Shown one piece after another: positions 62,022 through 64,000 of a stretch of DNA of 64,000 nt. The DNA lies in NCBI GenBank assembly GCA_016217965.1, contig JACRFI010000016.1, forward strand, positions 65,837-129,836, read 5' to 3'. How positions within the stretch are numbered: the first letter of the stretch is position 1; each line of letters begins with the position of its first letter. This DNA is from Candidatus Kaiserbacteria bacterium (GTDB lineage Bacteria; Patescibacteriota; Minisyncoccia; Phycocordibacterales; UBA2100). The position numbers and the translations under genes are program-made. Below the pieces are notes generated by a model. That model did no database searches and had not been told where the DNA came from. It saw only the letters and a program-made list of their open reading frames with translations.

Positions 62022-63743
62022 ATGACACTTACACAAGGAGGAACATCACTCGGGGTAGCCGGGCAACCTGTTGCACCACAAGTTGAGACGGTGGTTGATG
62101 TGCCGGCTCGGGCCATTGGAGACACAAAAGTTCCATATGATGTCTTGAAAATGATTCCGCAGGAATCGGCGGAACACTACAAGTTCGTGCCCATAGCGCT
62201 CCAAGAAGGCGTCCTTGAGGTTGGCATGGTTGATCCGGATGATATCGAAGGCATTGATGCGTTGAATTTCATTGCGCGGAAAACAGGCGCTCCGTTCAAA
62301 GTGTTTCGCATCACTGAAGCGGACCTGACAAAAGTTCTCGGGATGTATCGGGTTCTCGGGGGAGATGTTGATCGCGCCGTATCTGATCTTGCCAGCGAAG
62401 TAAGCGATCGGCGAGAGGCCGATGTCGAATCAGACATTTCCATCTTGGCGCTCGATGATGGGAAACAAAAGACTTCAAACGCGCAATCGATACAGGAAGA
62501 CGCGCCTACTATCAAGATAGCTTCTACGATATTGCGTTACGCTGTTGATGGCGATGCTTCCGACATTCATATCGAGCCGACGGCGAAAGGGGTGCGTGTG
62601 CGGTATCGCGTCGACGGCGATCTACATACAAGCGTAATACTTCCTTTAAATACGCATCGTGCGCTCGTTGCGCGCATCAAGGTACTTGCGTCCATTCGCC
62701 TCGATGAACAGCGCAAACCGCAGGATGGCCGTTTCTCCGCCACTATTGCGGACAGGCAGATTGACTTCCGCGTCTCAACATTTCCGTCGACCAACGGTGA
62801 GAAAGTTGTTATCCGTATTCTTGATAGAGAGAGAGGATTCATACCGCTCGACCAAATCGGCCTCAGCCAGCGCAATTTGTCAGTCCTTAGAAATGCAATC
62901 TCTCAGCCGCACGGGCTCGTTCTCATATCGGGCCCCACAGGAAGCGGTAAATCGACGACACTCTACTCGATGCTCTCCGAGCTTGATCTGGAGCACAAGA
63001 ATGTGCTCTCGCTTGAGGACCCTGTCGAGTATTTCGTAGAGGGCATGACGCAATCGCAAGTGCGGCCGGAAATAGGGTACACGTTCGCAAACGGGCTTCG
63101 AACGACTCTGCGCCAAGACCCGGATATCATCATGGTGGGCGAGATTCGAGATTCCGAGACAGCAAAGCTTGCGGTCCAGGCTGCGCTAACTGGGCATTTG
63201 GTCTTATCGACCATTCACACAAATAATGCGGTTGGCACCGTCCCGCGACTCATAGACATGGGTGTCGAGCCGTATCTCATCCCGCCGGTTTTGATAGCAT
63301 CGGTTGCACAACGTCTTGTCCGGACGCTCTGTGAAGGAACAGGCAAGGCAACACCAATATCGCCATCCATCAGACAAAAGATAACGGATGAACTTCAAAG
63401 CCTTCCCAAAGAACACCGTTTTGAAATTCCCGACGTCATTCACGAGCCTGAACGCTCTCCTGGATGCACCACGGGCCTTCGCGGCCGCATGGCGGTGTTT
63501 GAGGTTCTGGAGATGACCTCCGAAGTGGAGCGCATTATTTTAAAAAGCCCGGTTGAATCAGAATTGTGGCGTGCGGCAAGGCAGCAGGGCATGCTCACGA
63601 TGCGCGAGGATGCTATGCTGAAATCATTCGGCAAGAAGGTTCCGTATTCAGAAGTTGAGACACTGAGCTCTGTCCTTCTTGCAGAAGACGAGCCGGCAAA
63701 AGTGCCAGAGCCTATTAAAGAAGTCGAGAGCACAACACCATGA
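62022..63743 (+). CDS. pilB: GspE/PilB assembly ATPase
   Basis: ASDIHIEP, PQDGRF, GPTGSGKST, LRQDPD.IMVGEIRD, TGHLVLSTIH. Confidence 0.93.
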   Translation: MTLTQGGTSLGVAGQPVAPQVETVVDVPARAIGDTKVPYDVLKMIPQESAEHYKFVPIALQEGVLEVGMVDPDDIEGIDALNFIARKTGAPFKVFRITEADLTKVLGMYRVLGGDVDRAVSDLASEVSDRREADVESDISILALDDGKQKTSNAQSIQEDAPTIKIASTILRYAVDGDASDIHIEPTAKGVRVRYRVDGDLHTSVILPLNTHRALVARIKVLASIRLDEQRKPQDGRFSATIADRQIDFRVSTFPSTNGEKVVIRILDRERGFIPLDQIGLSQRNLSVLRNAISQPHGLVLISGPTGSGKSTTLYSMLSELDLEHKNVLSLEDPVEYFVEGMTQSQVRPEIGYTFANGLRTTLRQDPDIIMVGEIRDSETAKLAVQAALTGHLVLSTIHTNNAVGTVPRLIDMGVEPYLIPPVLIASVAQRLVRTLCEGTGKATPISPSIRQKITDELQSLPKEHRFEIPDVIHEPERSPGCTTGLRGRMAVFEVLEMTSEVERIILKSPVESELWRAARQQGMLTMREDAMLKSFGKKVPYSEVETLSSVLLAEDEPAKVPEPIKEVESTTP

Positions 63744-64000
63744 CCGATACCACGCAACAACCGGCGAATGCGGGAGCAGCGGGCACGATCCTTCTTCTGG
63801 ATGACGACCATTTTCTCCTTGATATGTACAGCATGAAGTTCATGCAAAAAGGATTTACTGTCGAGGCATGCCAATCAACCGCTGAAGCCCTCGTAGCGCT
63901 TCGGGGCGGTGTGAAGCCGAGCGCGATCCTATTTGACATCGTGATGCCCGGAGAAGACGGATTCAGCTTCCTTTCTTCTGTGAAGGGAGAAAAATTGGCT
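63740..64000 (+). CDS. Response regulator receiver protein (3'-truncated by window)
   Basis: ILLLDDD..LLDMY, ILFDIVMPGEDGF. Confidence 0.88.
   Translation, partial: MTDTTQQPANAGAAGTILLLDDDHFLLDMYSMKFMQKGFTVEACQSTAEALVALRGGVKPSAILFDIVMPGEDGFSFLSSVKGEKLA

Noticed and set aside
1-64000. Alternative genetic code (UGA=Gly) as in some CPR lineages
   Set aside because: Conserved genes are full length under code 11 and several end in TGA (rplN, secY, gmk).

Overview
This window looks like a reduced Patescibacteria/CPR (Parcubacteria-like) genome using genetic code 11. Evidence: no rpmD (L30) in the spc cluster, a tRNA-Ile(UAU), a stand-alone VirD4-like ATPase, type IV pilus genes, and starts that mostly lack a Shine-Dalgarno (SD) sequence or are leaderless. 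Bases 1-7.1 kb hold an accessory RiPP-like island: YcaO and a SagB-type dehydrogenase sit head-to-head with a membrane- or signal-anchored precursor whose 73-aa Gly/Cys/Ser core resembles microcin B17. The island also has a catalytically degenerate C39-like/TPR protein, a TPR protein, a Tyr/Gln-repeat surface protein, a secreted 6-Cys peptide and a degenerate GT2. This island is the best candidate for an undescribed system. Next come the S10-spc ribosomal cluster to secY-gmk-adk-map-purD, a VirD4-like ATPase, ndk, a kinase-like ORF, a candidate 6S-like RNA, infC-rpmI-rplT, two M15 peptidase paralogs, thrC/tdh/kbl/cfa, a LexA/UmuD + Y-family polymerase cassette with an SOS box, and a TreS-like GH13. 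These are followed by tmRNA with an unusual structured leader, smpB, ftsH, malic enzyme, prs, tRNA-Ile(UAU)-rib genes, recG, a LAGLIDADG ORF next to tRNA-Ser, comF and pilMNOP-pilB. Non-coding patterns include three copies of a MITE-like palindrome (CCC[G/A]TTAGA...TCTAA[C/T]GGG) and dispersed 7-nt-period repeat hairpins. All calls come from reading motifs by eye; no searches or folding programs were run.
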